Assembly (NCBI GenBank): GCA_052426225.1
Contig: JBNJNM010000006.1
Location: 930,001-994,000, forward strand
Length of the DNA: 64,000 nucleotides
Direction of reading: 5' to 3'
Origin: Zancudomyces culisetae HAW-14-8
Lineage: Eukaryota; Fungi; Kickxellomycota
Shown here: positions 1 through 10,606 of the stretch, piece by piece
How positions within the stretch are numbered: position 1 is the stretch's first letter
Layout of the letters: the number at the start of each line of letters is the position of its first letter
The notes under the pieces: model-generated
Told to the model about the DNA's origin: nothing
Databases searched by the model: none
The model's input: only the letters and a program-made list of their open reading frames with translations
Made by a program: the position numbers and the translations under genes

Positions 1-1617
1 TCTATATTTTATATTTTATTACTATGTTTATATATTAATACTTTCATAATAGTATAAACTATTTTAGGAAAAAACCTTTAAATACGACGAAACAAGATTC
101 TAAGGAATCTTGTTCGAAATTCACTCAAAATCATAGCGTTTATATATTATTAAATAAAACAATTTATACTAAAAGACTATAAAAGAGTACCGAGCCAAAA
201 TTAATATATACTCAGCCTCGTCGTACTGTAGTATATAAATTATAATAAAAGTTTTAAAAACATACGACATGTGTTGTGTAATATTATTTTAAATATGTTT
301 GCCTTTTTAGGGGCTTTGTACTCAACTCCGAACTCTATCGCACTTGTATAGTTTTTATCCTACACCCTTGCTAATAGTTCGTTTTCTGAAGTTAGTACAG
401 TCGTAATTTTTGTATATCTTATTTTTGTTTTTTTCTTCAAAACTGTGTATCAATTATATATATCTTTTGTTATCTCTAAAACTAATTATAAAACTTTTCC
501 TGATAACGACTAACCTGTTATCAAGGATAGAAATTGGATAAAACCCTCCATAGGGAGAAAAGTCCAATCTCCAATGAAATAAATATGATAAAATAAATAT
601 GATAAACTAAATATGATAAATAAACTGCCAATCAAAGCTAGCAGGTATGAACTATCATTAATTATATGACAGTTGACAGAATTTAATTTTTCCTTTTAAT
701 TTTTACCCGACTTTACCGCCTTAAGTATTTTGAAAGTTTATACTATTATCTAATAACTACCTGAAGATGGTAGGACCCAGATTCAATGGCTTAATGTATT
801 TATTTTTGATTATAAACTAAAGAAAAAAGATACTGAATTCAGTAGGTCAGATACTTAGCCTTATATCTGATCTCTCATATTTTAAATAAACTAACTATAT
901 TATAACTATATAAGAAACATTGATAAAATTAATATAAAATTAATATAAAAATTAATAGAGATTTACACGGGAAAAACCTCATAGGTGAAAAACACCGTGT
1001 AAGTCTTTGCACATCACATAAATGCACCCGTGTGATGTACATCCTGTCGCTCATTGATGCGACAGTGTTGTTTTATAATTACATGTTTAACGTCCTACTG
1101 AGTAATATAATTACCCAGTATTATACAGGACGGGACTTTTATTAATATATATTAGGTCTATAATTATTGTGGAAGAAAAAGACAATTTATTAATTAATTC
1201 AAAACTAGACTATTTAATGGATAAAATAATACTATTTAAATTAACCAATAAAATACAAGGAAATACAGGTATATATTTCTACTATATAACAGTGTGTTGT
1301 AGAATCTATAAAGCTCTAATGTTTGTTTATTATTTATCTTTTTTATAAGTATGGTTTGTGTATTTTCTTATTTGTTTAATACTATTATAACTTATTATTA
1401 ATTTATGTGATTAAAAGATTATTTTATTCAATTTTTGTTGAGGGCATTCTCCTATACCCTGAATTATCTTCGATAATAAAACTAAATGTTATTCTACTTA
1501 ATGACTAAAAATATTGATTGACATAAACCACAAGGGGAAAAAGGTACAATCTCAGCTAACTATACGAATATTAATAAAACTCAATAATTTAAATTAAAAT
1601 TAACTATCGTCGTATTC

Positions 1618-4600
1618 TCATACGACAGAACCCCGGCTCCAGATTGGACCTGCCGGTCTTGTTTCTCTAAAGCGAAGTAATTTTGACTTTAGTGTTGTAC
1701 TTACTTCTGGTAGCATATATTGACTTTGGTGATAGTGTTTCAACATGTCACCGTTGGCTAAATCCCTATTTCCTTCACTATCAGAGATTATGTAAGCTCC
1801 CTTATTCAGTCTTCTATCGACCTTGTAAGGTCCCTCCCATGTTTGCTCTAACTTTGCCATGGGTTGCTCAGTTAGTTTTAAGACTACGTCACCTTCCTTA
1901 AACACTGAAATTTTTACTCCCTTGTCGTACCTAACCTTCTCTTTTTCCTTTTCTCATTACTATTACACAATCCCACGTTTCGCAGTTCAGGTATATCCGT
2001 CTTTATAGCTTCGATTCTCTCTGTTATGGCCAATTCAATGTCACTAATCTCGGGTGGTGGAATCCATATTGCAGGAGTTGATAATTTAACTCCATATAGC
2101 ATTTCTGCAGGGCTATGCTTTGTAGTTCGATTCCTCATAGTCCTAATTGCTAGTAGAGTTTTCCAAATAAACTTATCCCAATTATCTTTGTGCCGACGAC
2201 ATTGTTTTACTAAAATGTTTTTTAGTGTTTGGTTGAGTCGCTCTACCTGCCCGTTACTTTGTGGGCGGTAGGATGTAGTTGGTGTGTGTTTAATTTGTAA
2301 AAATTCATAAACTTTTGAGGTGAATTCGCTTACGAAACCAGCACCCCTATCTGTAATGATTTGGTCTGGTACTCCGAAATTTTGTACGATGTTAGTGACT
2401 ATAAAATTAACTATTATATCCGACTTGATGTTTTCGACCGCTTGTGCTACAGGCCATTTTGTCAGGTAGTCTATACCGGTTAAAATAAACCTATTTCCAG
2501 ACTTTGAGATAGGACTAATTGGTCCTATTGCATCCAGTCCGAAGACACTAAACGGTTTATATGAATAAATCGGGTGCAAAGCATTTCTCTTGATTCTACT
2601 TCCTTTATATAATTGACATTCATGACATTGTTCTACTACCCTTTTAACCGTGTCGAATAGTCCTTCCCCAGTATATACTTCCTTAACTCTTTCCCACGTG
2701 TTTACAATTCCATTATGATTTTCATTGTGCACTCGTTCAACTGTGTTGCGCATCGTATCTTCGTGTAACACTTCCTTAATGTTTCCTTTTATAATTCTTA
2801 CCAATTTATTATCCCTTATTTTATACTTAGCTGACTTATTTCGTATTCTTTTTTTATCACTTTCTGAACTATTTTCTGGGAAAGTATAATTGTTAATATA
2901 TGTTTTAATGGAATTATATTCTGCACTTGATAGTAAATAAATATTCAATTCTCTTTTTAAGTCTTCTGAATTCACTGCATTTTCTGGATTTAAACGAGAC
3001 AACGCATCTGCCGGATTGTTTTTTCCGGGACAGTGTTCAATAGTATAATCATAATTACGAAGGATCATAGCCCATCTGGCTATTCTCCCTGTAATTTCCT
3101 TAGAGTCAAAAAGCTGCAAGAGTGCTTTGTGATCTGTACGCACTGTAAAGTGCTTGCCCCAAAGATAATATTTTAGCTTCTGTATCGACCATATCACAGC
3201 AAGCCCTTCCAAGTGTGATATCGAATAATTTCGTTCGTGTTTATTTGTTATCCTGCTAATAAAACATATAGGTTTTTCTGAATCCTCAAAACGCTGAGAT
3301 AATATGCCACCTATTCCTGTCACCGAAGCGTCTGTGGTAACAATGAACTCGCGGTTCCAGTCGGGGTGTGCTAGTGTGGGTGCAGTTGACATTTTTATTT
3401 TTATCTCCTTTATTGCCTGCTCACAGTTCTGGTCCCATTTCCACACTGTGTTTTTCTATAATAGATTTAATAGCGGGGCTACAGTTGTTGCAAACTGTTC
3501 AACATATTTCCTATAAAATCCGATCAATCCCAAGAATGACTGCAGTTCCTTGACTGTAGTAGGTGTCCTTGCTTTTAGGATCGATTCAACTTTTTTTGTG
3601 CTTGTTTTAACACCTTCGGTAGTTATGACGTGACCTAGGTATTCTAGCTGTTTCATTCCTAAATAACACTTTTCTCCATGTAGCTGAACCTTTCCTACTC
3701 TCAACAAGTTAAAAACCTCTCCTAGATGTTTCAAGTGCTCGTCCATAGTTTGAGAGTATACTATTATATCGTCCACAAAGACTATTGCGGTTTTCCAAAG
3801 TACTGGTTCTAACACTCTCTCCATCAATCTTTGAAATGATGCTGGGCTATTTGTCAGCCCAAACGGCATCACGTTATAACAAAAACTTCCTGTACCGGGA
3901 ATCGAAAAAGCAGTTTTTTCTCTATCCTCTTTGGCCATGCGGATTTGCCAAAATCCGCTAAGCGCATCAAGAGAAGAGTAAACTTTTGATCCTGCCACTG
4001 CCATAAAAATGTCTTCTATTGTAGGCAGTGGATACGTGTCCTTCTTGGTCTGCAAATTTAGTCTCCTATAATCTGTGCAAATCCGTAGCTTACCATTTTT
4101 CTTCCAAACGGTGACCACAGGGGAACACCATTCTGAAATGCACTTGGATATTATGCCTTTCTGTTCCATAACTTGTAGTTCATCTCTGACTTTAGCATAC
4201 AAGTGGTGAGGTATTCTATAAGGCTTCAATTTAACTGGCGTTTCGTCCTTGAGCACTATTCTATGTTCAGTTTGTTCCGTCTGAGTCAAATCTTCAATGT
4301 CGTCTGCAAATATGTCTTCATAATTTGACTTCAATTCATCAATTCTAGAGTCATTATACCTCAACTCATCTTCAACTTGCATGTTTTCTTTTATCATTAG
4401 AAACAGTTCACTATGATCACAGTCTTCGTACTCTGATACTTCTTGCATGTGTAAGGGTACAATAATTACTATTCTCTCTAAGGGTAGTCTAAGCTCCGAA
4501 TCCCGTATGTTCAATTGTGCATGATGGCTCATTAGCCAGTCCATGCCTAATATCAAGCTATTATCCTTTCTCTGCATTATTGTCAGATTTGCGGCAAACT

Positions 4601-6109
4601 TGCAGTTACCAATCCTTAAAGGTACATCTTTAACTGTTCCTAAAGAATTATGTTTCATTCCATCTGCGGTGATTATCACTTGGTCATGTTCCTCGTCTAC
4701 TTCCAGACCCCAATTTTCAATCATTCTGGGCGTAGCCACCGAACAAGCAGCACCCGTATCGACTACTGCCCATATTTCTTTACTATAAACTGAAACGATT
4801 ATCCTGCAATTTGTTGTACGGGGTTTTGCAAATCTAATTTCATTAATCTCTTGCTTCTTGGTTTTCTTGCATAAGCTAATCATTTCACTATTCAGTGAAG
4901 GAGCCACGCTCATGAGCTGAGGAAAAGAAATAGTCGGGTTCCACTTAGCCAGTTGTTCTACTAACGAGAATGGTTGTATTCCTTCAGCCATTTTCAATTC
5001 CGTTTTAACTTTTGGCTTTGTTACCTCTTCTATATTTTCTTCTTCAGCCACCTGTTTATTACTTTTTATTCCCGCTCTCGGTTTTGAGACAGTTGTTTTT
5101 TTCAAGTCTACAGACTTCTGCTCTTCCACATCCATGTGCTGATCTACGGCTTTAACATACCTAATTCTATCTGTGTTTCCTACTTTCTTTGGTGTTTCAA
5201 TTAACTCTTCTCTGGAATAAGGTGAGGTCTGTTTAGGTGATGTACCCCTACGCTGCACAGTTAATATTTCTTTATAATGATCATTCTCTCGGCTTACCTC
5301 TAAAAAGTTCACGTTGTTAGCACGTTTCGTTTCTGTTATACCATCATCTTCCTTCAAACGCGGACACTCATATCTTTTGTGACCTTCCTTACGGCAATGA
5401 AAGCAGGTGATAACTCTTGGATAATTATTGGTATATCTTTTTATCCTGTTTTCGCTTAATCTCCTCTCAACTCTTCATCAACTTTGCTCAACAAATTTAA
5501 AGACCATTCCTCCATCTTTTCCAACATTGCGTCATATCCACTATCTGAATTTGCCTTAGCACTATTTAACTCATGTTTTGCATTCAAATTCTTGGTAAAG
5601 TCCTGGTCAGATGTTTGTGTTGTGACTCGTCTCTCATGTCTTTCCTTATCTAACACCCATTTGATAATCTTGTCCCACGTATTTAAACTCATTTCTCTGA
5701 CCTTACTTTTCACATCTTCACACAATGCACTCACTAACCAGTTGTACTTTGCTGTAGCCTCTGTTATTCCTGCTTTTTCCAAAGCATTTTCCATAGCAAA
5801 CTCAAATTCTTCAATAGACTCGTAATTACTTTGATTAATCCCTTTCAGTATATCATAGCTCATATAACCATCCTCCGTAGTTGAGAATTTTTCTTTAAAT
5901 GCTACTGTGAATGTGGTCCAGTCACTAAAACTCGAAACGTTTTTCCTATACCAGATTAATTCACGTTTTCCTAACTTTAACTGTACTAAATCAACCCAAT
6001 CATCTTGATCCCATTTACTTATTTTGGCTACTAATCTAAACTGTTTTAACCACTCTTCCGGGTCAATTCCCAATGTGGCTTCGAATCGTGAGACACTATC
6101 CATTTGCAA
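1618..6109 (-). pseudogene. gag-pol of element 1, in four pieces (5456-6109, 3456-5357, 1914-3446, 1618-1905)
   Basis: CCHC knuckle near 5360-5410, protease VDTGA, RT LDALSGFWQI and FVDD, RNase H TDAS, integrase GLDAIGP/TDRG/GQVER and WEGPY. One in-frame TAG at 3456 and frameshifts near 5460 and 1930. Confidence 0.93.
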
Positions 6110-6174
6110 CGGTTTCTGTTTAGGTAGAGTTCAAATACTTTTATTTTATTTTTAAGCTATTTTGGTTATTTAAC

Positions 6175-6192
6175 GCCTAGCTGGGAGCGCCA
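6175..6192 (-). promoter_or_regulatory. Primer binding site, tRNA-Asn
   Basis: TGGCGCTCCCAGCTAGGC on the minus strand, 1 bp from the LTR; exact complement of 41997-42011 plus CCA. Confidence 0.95.
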
Positions 6193-6853
6193 CTGTTGTA
6201 GAATCTATAAAACTCTAATGTTTGTTTATTATTTATCTTTTTTATAAGTATGGTTTGTGTATTTTCTTATTTGTTTAATACTATTATAACTTATTATTAA
6301 TTTATGTGATTAAAAGATTATTTTATTCAATTTTTGTTGAGGGCATTCTCCTATACCCTGAATTATCTTCGATAATAAAACTAAATGTTATTCTACTTAA
6401 TGACTAAAAATATTGATTGACAAAAACCACAAGGGGAAAAAGGTACAATCTCAGCTAACTATACGAATATTAATAAAACTCAATAATTTAAATTAAAATT
6501 AACTATCGTCGTATTCTCATACGACATGTGTTGTTGTATAATTCATGTTTAACGTCCTACTGAGTAATATAATTACCCAGTATTATACAGGACGGGACTT
6601 TTATTATTAAATATTAGGACTATAATAAATTTGGGAGAAAAAGACAATTTATTAATTAATTCAAAACTAGACTATTTAATGCATAAAATAATACTATTTA
6701 AATTAACCAATAAAATACAAGGAAATTCAGGTATATAATTCCACTATATAATAGTGTGATATATTTTATTTATAAAATATATGTATTTACTATAATTGTT
6801 CTATAATATTTCTTTAAGTTATTGTTATTAACTATAACAAGGTAATTATATCT

Positions 6854-9800
6854 TTAACTGATTATTTTCTTATAATTTCGCTCGTGAAGCACCTCTTTCA
6901 AAATCTTTTTAACTCTCTTAAATAGCTTTTCTTCTATTAATCTGTACTGCCTTGATTTATTCCTCAAGCGTTTTCGAAAATCCTCGTCACTATTCCTAGG
7001 ATAGGATAGGTCCGCCAAGTACTGTCTTACCGCCTCATGTTCTAGGTATCCCATTGCACACACGTCCAATTCTTCCGGTTTGTCCTCTGTGCTTTCCGTA
7101 ACCAATCTTGACAGTCCGTCAGCAGGATTAAATTTTCCCGGTAAGTGTTCTATTTCAAAATCATAGTTCCTTAGCACCATCGCCCATCTGGCGATTCTCC
7201 CGGAGATATCAGGCCCATGGAATATCTGTATCAGGGACTTGTGATCTGTACGAATACGGAATTTCCTGCCCCAAACGTAATACTTGTACTTCTTCACCGC
7301 CCATACTACAGCCAGCGCTTCTAGATGGCTTATACTGTAATTCTTCTCTGCCTTATTGGTTGTCCTACTTGCAAACTCGATCACTCTTTCCGAACCTTTT
7401 TCACCTTGCGAAAGTACGGCTCCAATCCCTAGCATAGATGCATCCGTAGTGATGACAAATTCCTGTTCCCAATCCGGATGGCCCAGTACTGGTGCAGTCG
7501 TTAGTAATGTCTTTAGCTGTGTTACTGCCCCGGCTTGCTCTTCGGTCCACCTCCACTTTTCGTCTTTCTTGAGTAACCTGGTTAGTGGGTTTGCTATCCG
7601 TGCATAGTTTGGAATGTACTTTCTATAGTACCCCGTCAATCCTAGGAGAGATTGTACTTCCTTTATATTTGTTGGTTCTTTGACTGTCTGTATCGCTGAT
7701 ATTTTCTTCGGACTCGTGCCAATACCTTTATCTGAGACCACGTGCCCCAAGTAATCTATTTTTTTTTGACCTATGGCACATTTGTTACGGTGTAGCTGGA
7801 TCTTGTTCTTCCTCAACAAGTTAAATACCAGTTCCAGATCCTTTGCGTGTTCGTCCACTTCTTTTGAAAACACTATGATGTCGTCTATAAAGACGACGGC
7901 CTTTTTCCACAACACCGGTTTTAATATCTGCTCCATAGTCCTTTGGAACGTTGCTGGACTATTCGTTAGCCCAAAGGGCATAACGTTGTATCTAAAGCTA
8001 CCACTCCCTGGAAGGGCAAAACTCGTCTTGTCCTTATCTGTTTCCCGCATTTTGATTTGCCAGAATCCACTTAGCGCGTCTAGGGAGCTAAAAATCACTG
8101 CCCCTGACAACGCCATAAATAGATCCTGGATAACGGGTAAAGGATACGAATCCTTTTTTGTAACTTTGTTGAGCTGTCGGTAATCTGCGCAAACTCGCAA
8201 CTTACCATCCTTCTTGTGAACGATTACGACAGGCGAGCACCATTCGGCGTTGCTTGGTTCAATGATTCCTTTCTCTAACATTTCCTTTAACTGCTCTTCT
8301 ACTTTCTCTTGTAATCTAAAGGGAATCCGATATGGCCGCTGACGAATGGGTTTGTCTACTTCTAGCTCAATCCTATGTTCGGCTACGTCGGTCTGCTTCA
8401 AATCTGAAATATCCTCGACAAAAATGTCATCATATTCAACTAGTACCTTCCTAGTATTCTCGTCTATGAAATCTTCCTTGCACTCGGGTCCTTCTTTCAA
8501 AATTAAATAGATTTCTGATTCTATTTCCTGAACTTCGTTGGATGTTACCAGTCTTGAAATTACTTCCGCATTCTCAATGGGGAACCTTATTTCCGGTACG
8601 CGCAGGTTTATGGAAGCCCGGTGTTGTACCAACCAATCAGTACCTAGGATCAACGTCCCTTCGTTTTTTGACATAACTACTAGGTTTGCTGGAAAGACAA
8701 ATGAGGCTATCTTAACTGGAACTCTATTTACTTTTCCTAGCGTAGGGTGTCGTTTCCCATCAGCAGTTACTATTATTTGCTTCGAGGAACTTTCCACACC
8801 AACTCCCCATTCATCAATCATATTAATAGAAACCACGGAACATGCTGCTCCTGTGTCTATTACGGCCATGATCTCTTGCCCGAACACTTCCACCAAGGCT
8901 CTGCAGTTTGTAGTCTTCTTTTCTTGCAGTTGGATTTCATTTATTTCAGCTGCTTCGGCCCTATCGCAAATCTTAACTAGTTCCTTTGACAATGATGGTG
9001 AGGTATTCAAGAGTTGAATTAAGTTGATTTTCGGAAACACCTTTTCGAGTTCTTCCTTGAGTGAAAAAATCTTGTTTCCATCTACTACCTTATTGTAGTA
9101 TCTTTTAGTTAACTGTGCTCTAAGCGGTATGTCCTCTCTAACTTCCTCAATCTCTTTCTCTACCTCAGTTGCTTCTGCACTTGTCATATTTCTCTCTTGG
9201 GTTACGGTTCTATTAGCTCGCTTACTAGGTCTTTGATCTGAGCTTTTGTCATTTTGAGCATAACCCCTCTTTTCAACTGCAAATATCTCTTGATCTTTGA
9301 CATCATCCATCTTGACTAAATCTATATAGTTCACGTTGGTACCTGCCTCTTCCTTTGATCCCTTGTTCTGTTGTGCTTTCCACTTTTGACACTCAAATCT
9401 TCTGTGACCTTCTTCCTGGCAAAAGTAACAGGTATAGCTTCTTGTATTTGCGGTGTTATAGCTTTTCAGCTTCTTGTCAATAGCTTCGTCGACCCTGGAT
9501 AACAGGTTGACGCTCATCTCTTCAAATTTTTTAATCATCGCTGCGTATGGTGCCTGATCCTTAGCCATTTCCTTTATAGTTTTTCCTTGCTTACTAGCTG
9601 CGTTACGAGTTGCTTCCTTGATCTTTACACCTACGCCTTCCATTTTCATTTTTGCATCTTTTTTGGTTCGTTGAAACTTCTGTACGTGTGCAACCACTGC
9701 ATCCCAACTGGTATACTCAATACTTTCAACACTTTCTTTGCAATCCGGATTCAGTGTACTTATGAGTAGGTTTATCTTCATGTCATTGTCTATGATCCCT

Positions 9801-10132
9801 GCCTTGGTGCATAGCTGTTCTACCTCATACTCTAGTTCCTCAATGCTGCTAAAGTCTGCTTGTCTGATATCTTTAAGCCTGTCCCAGATCCTTGTCTTGG
9901 ATTCCTTGATAGTAAACTTGTTCTTCATTGCCTTGCTAAACGCTTTCCAGTCAGTAAAGGTACCTTTACTCTTCTTGTACCACAAGACTTCTTTCTTTCC
10001 CAAGTATAACCTTGCCAAGTCAACCCAATCATCCTCGCTCCAGCCATTCTGTTTAGCTACGAGTCTAAAGTTATCTGTCCATTCTTCCGGATCATGACCT
10101 TGATCTGCCTCTAACACTGTTGGAGTTATCAT
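6854..10132 (-). CDS. Gag-Pol polyprotein truncated before the integrase
   Basis: 1092 aa; CYFCQEEGHRRFEC, IDTGA, FIDD, TDAS; ends before the integrase HHCC motif is complete. Confidence 0.92.
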   Translation of the reverse strand: MITPTVLEADQGHDPEEWTDNFRLVAKQNGWSEDDWVDLARLYLGKKEVLWYKKSKGTFTDWKAFSKAMKNKFTIKESKTRIWDRLKDIRQADFSSIEELEYEVEQLCTKAGIIDNDMKINLLISTLNPDCKESVESIEYTSWDAVVAHVQKFQRTKKDAKMKMEGVGVKIKEATRNAASKQGKTIKEMAKDQAPYAAMIKKFEEMSVNLLSRVDEAIDKKLKSYNTANTRSYTCYFCQEEGHRRFECQKWKAQQNKGSKEEAGTNVNYIDLVKMDDVKDQEIFAVEKRGYAQNDKSSDQRPSKRANRTVTQERNMTSAEATEVEKEIEEVREDIPLRAQLTKRYYNKVVDGNKIFSLKEELEKVFPKINLIQLLNTSPSLSKELVKICDRAEAAEINEIQLQEKKTTNCRALVEVFGQEIMAVIDTGAACSVVSINMIDEWGVGVESSSKQIIVTADGKRHPTLGKVNRVPVKIASFVFPANLVVMSKNEGTLILGTDWLVQHRASINLRVPEIRFPIENAEVISRLVTSNEVQEIESEIYLILKEGPECKEDFIDENTRKVLVEYDDIFVEDISDLKQTDVAEHRIELEVDKPIRQRPYRIPFRLQEKVEEQLKEMLEKGIIEPSNAEWCSPVVIVHKKDGKLRVCADYRQLNKVTKKDSYPLPVIQDLFMALSGAVIFSSLDALSGFWQIKMRETDKDKTSFALPGSGSFRYNVMPFGLTNSPATFQRTMEQILKPVLWKKAVVFIDDIIVFSKEVDEHAKDLELVFNLLRKNKIQLHRNKCAIGQKKIDYLGHVVSDKGIGTSPKKISAIQTVKEPTNIKEVQSLLGLTGYYRKYIPNYARIANPLTRLLKKDEKWRWTEEQAGAVTQLKTLLTTAPVLGHPDWEQEFVITTDASMLGIGAVLSQGEKGSERVIEFASRTTNKAEKNYSISHLEALAVVWAVKKYKYYVWGRKFRIRTDHKSLIQIFHGPDISGRIARWAMVLRNYDFEIEHLPGKFNPADGLSRLVTESTEDKPEELDVCAMGYLEHEAVRQYLADLSYPRNSDEDFRKRLRNKSRQYRLIEEKLFKRVKKILKEVLHERNYKKIIS

Positions 10133-10157
10133 CTTGTTATCAATACTAGGTTTTTAG

Positions 10158-10175
10158 GCCTAGCTGGGAGCGCCA
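10158..10175 (-). promoter_or_regulatory. Primer binding site, tRNA-Asn
   Basis: Same 18-mer as 6175-6192, next to an unrelated LTR. Confidence 0.95.
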
Positions 10176-10606
10176 CTGTTATATCTTATTTATTAAATAT
10201 ATGTATTTACTATAATTGTTCTATAATATTTCTTTAAGTTATTGTTATTAACTATAACAAGGTAATTATATCTTTAACTGATTATTTTCTGTATGTTTTT
10301 TTTTATTTTGTCAAATATTTTCCTTTTTTATACTTTTTTTCTTTCTAAGTAAAAATTAATTTAAACTAAGATACTGAAACTAAACTTCTTTAATACTAAA
10401 ACAATAAATTACTATTAAAAATTTATGACTAAACAAACGTTTGTATTGCGACACTATGAGTCATCAGAAAAAACTAGATGACGTTATTTTCATCGATAGT
10501 GAAAAAACCTGATCCTCATTAGTTATCGCAAACTAATAATTTGTTCGTTTGCATGATGACTAATTAATTAGTCATCATGCTCTCCTGCCCACTATATGAC
10601 ATGTGT

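Larger units (their letters stand above)
1295..6526 (-). mobile_element. Ty3/gypsy LTR retrotransposon (element 1), full length, disrupted ORF
   Basis: 333-bp direct LTRs at 1295-1627 and 6194-6526 with about 2 differences; PBS at 6175-6192; purine tract next to 1628; domain order gag-PR-RT-RH-IN. Confidence 0.96.
6757..10601 (-). mobile_element. Ty3/gypsy element 2, internally deleted (integrase and most of the 3' LTR lost)
   Basis: 5' LTR at 10177-10601; only about 115 bp of the 3' LTR remain (6757-6870); PBS at 10158-10175; the ORF runs straight into the LTR remnant. Confidence 0.93.

Noticed and set aside
5400-5500. Programmed gag-pol frameshift in elements 1 and 3
   Set aside because: Elements 2, 5 and 6 have one continuous frame, and the two shifts fall at different places within gag.
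6175-6192. tRNA fragment or phage att site
   Set aside because: It includes CCA and lies 1 bp from an LTR, so it is a PBS. The same holds for 10158-10175.
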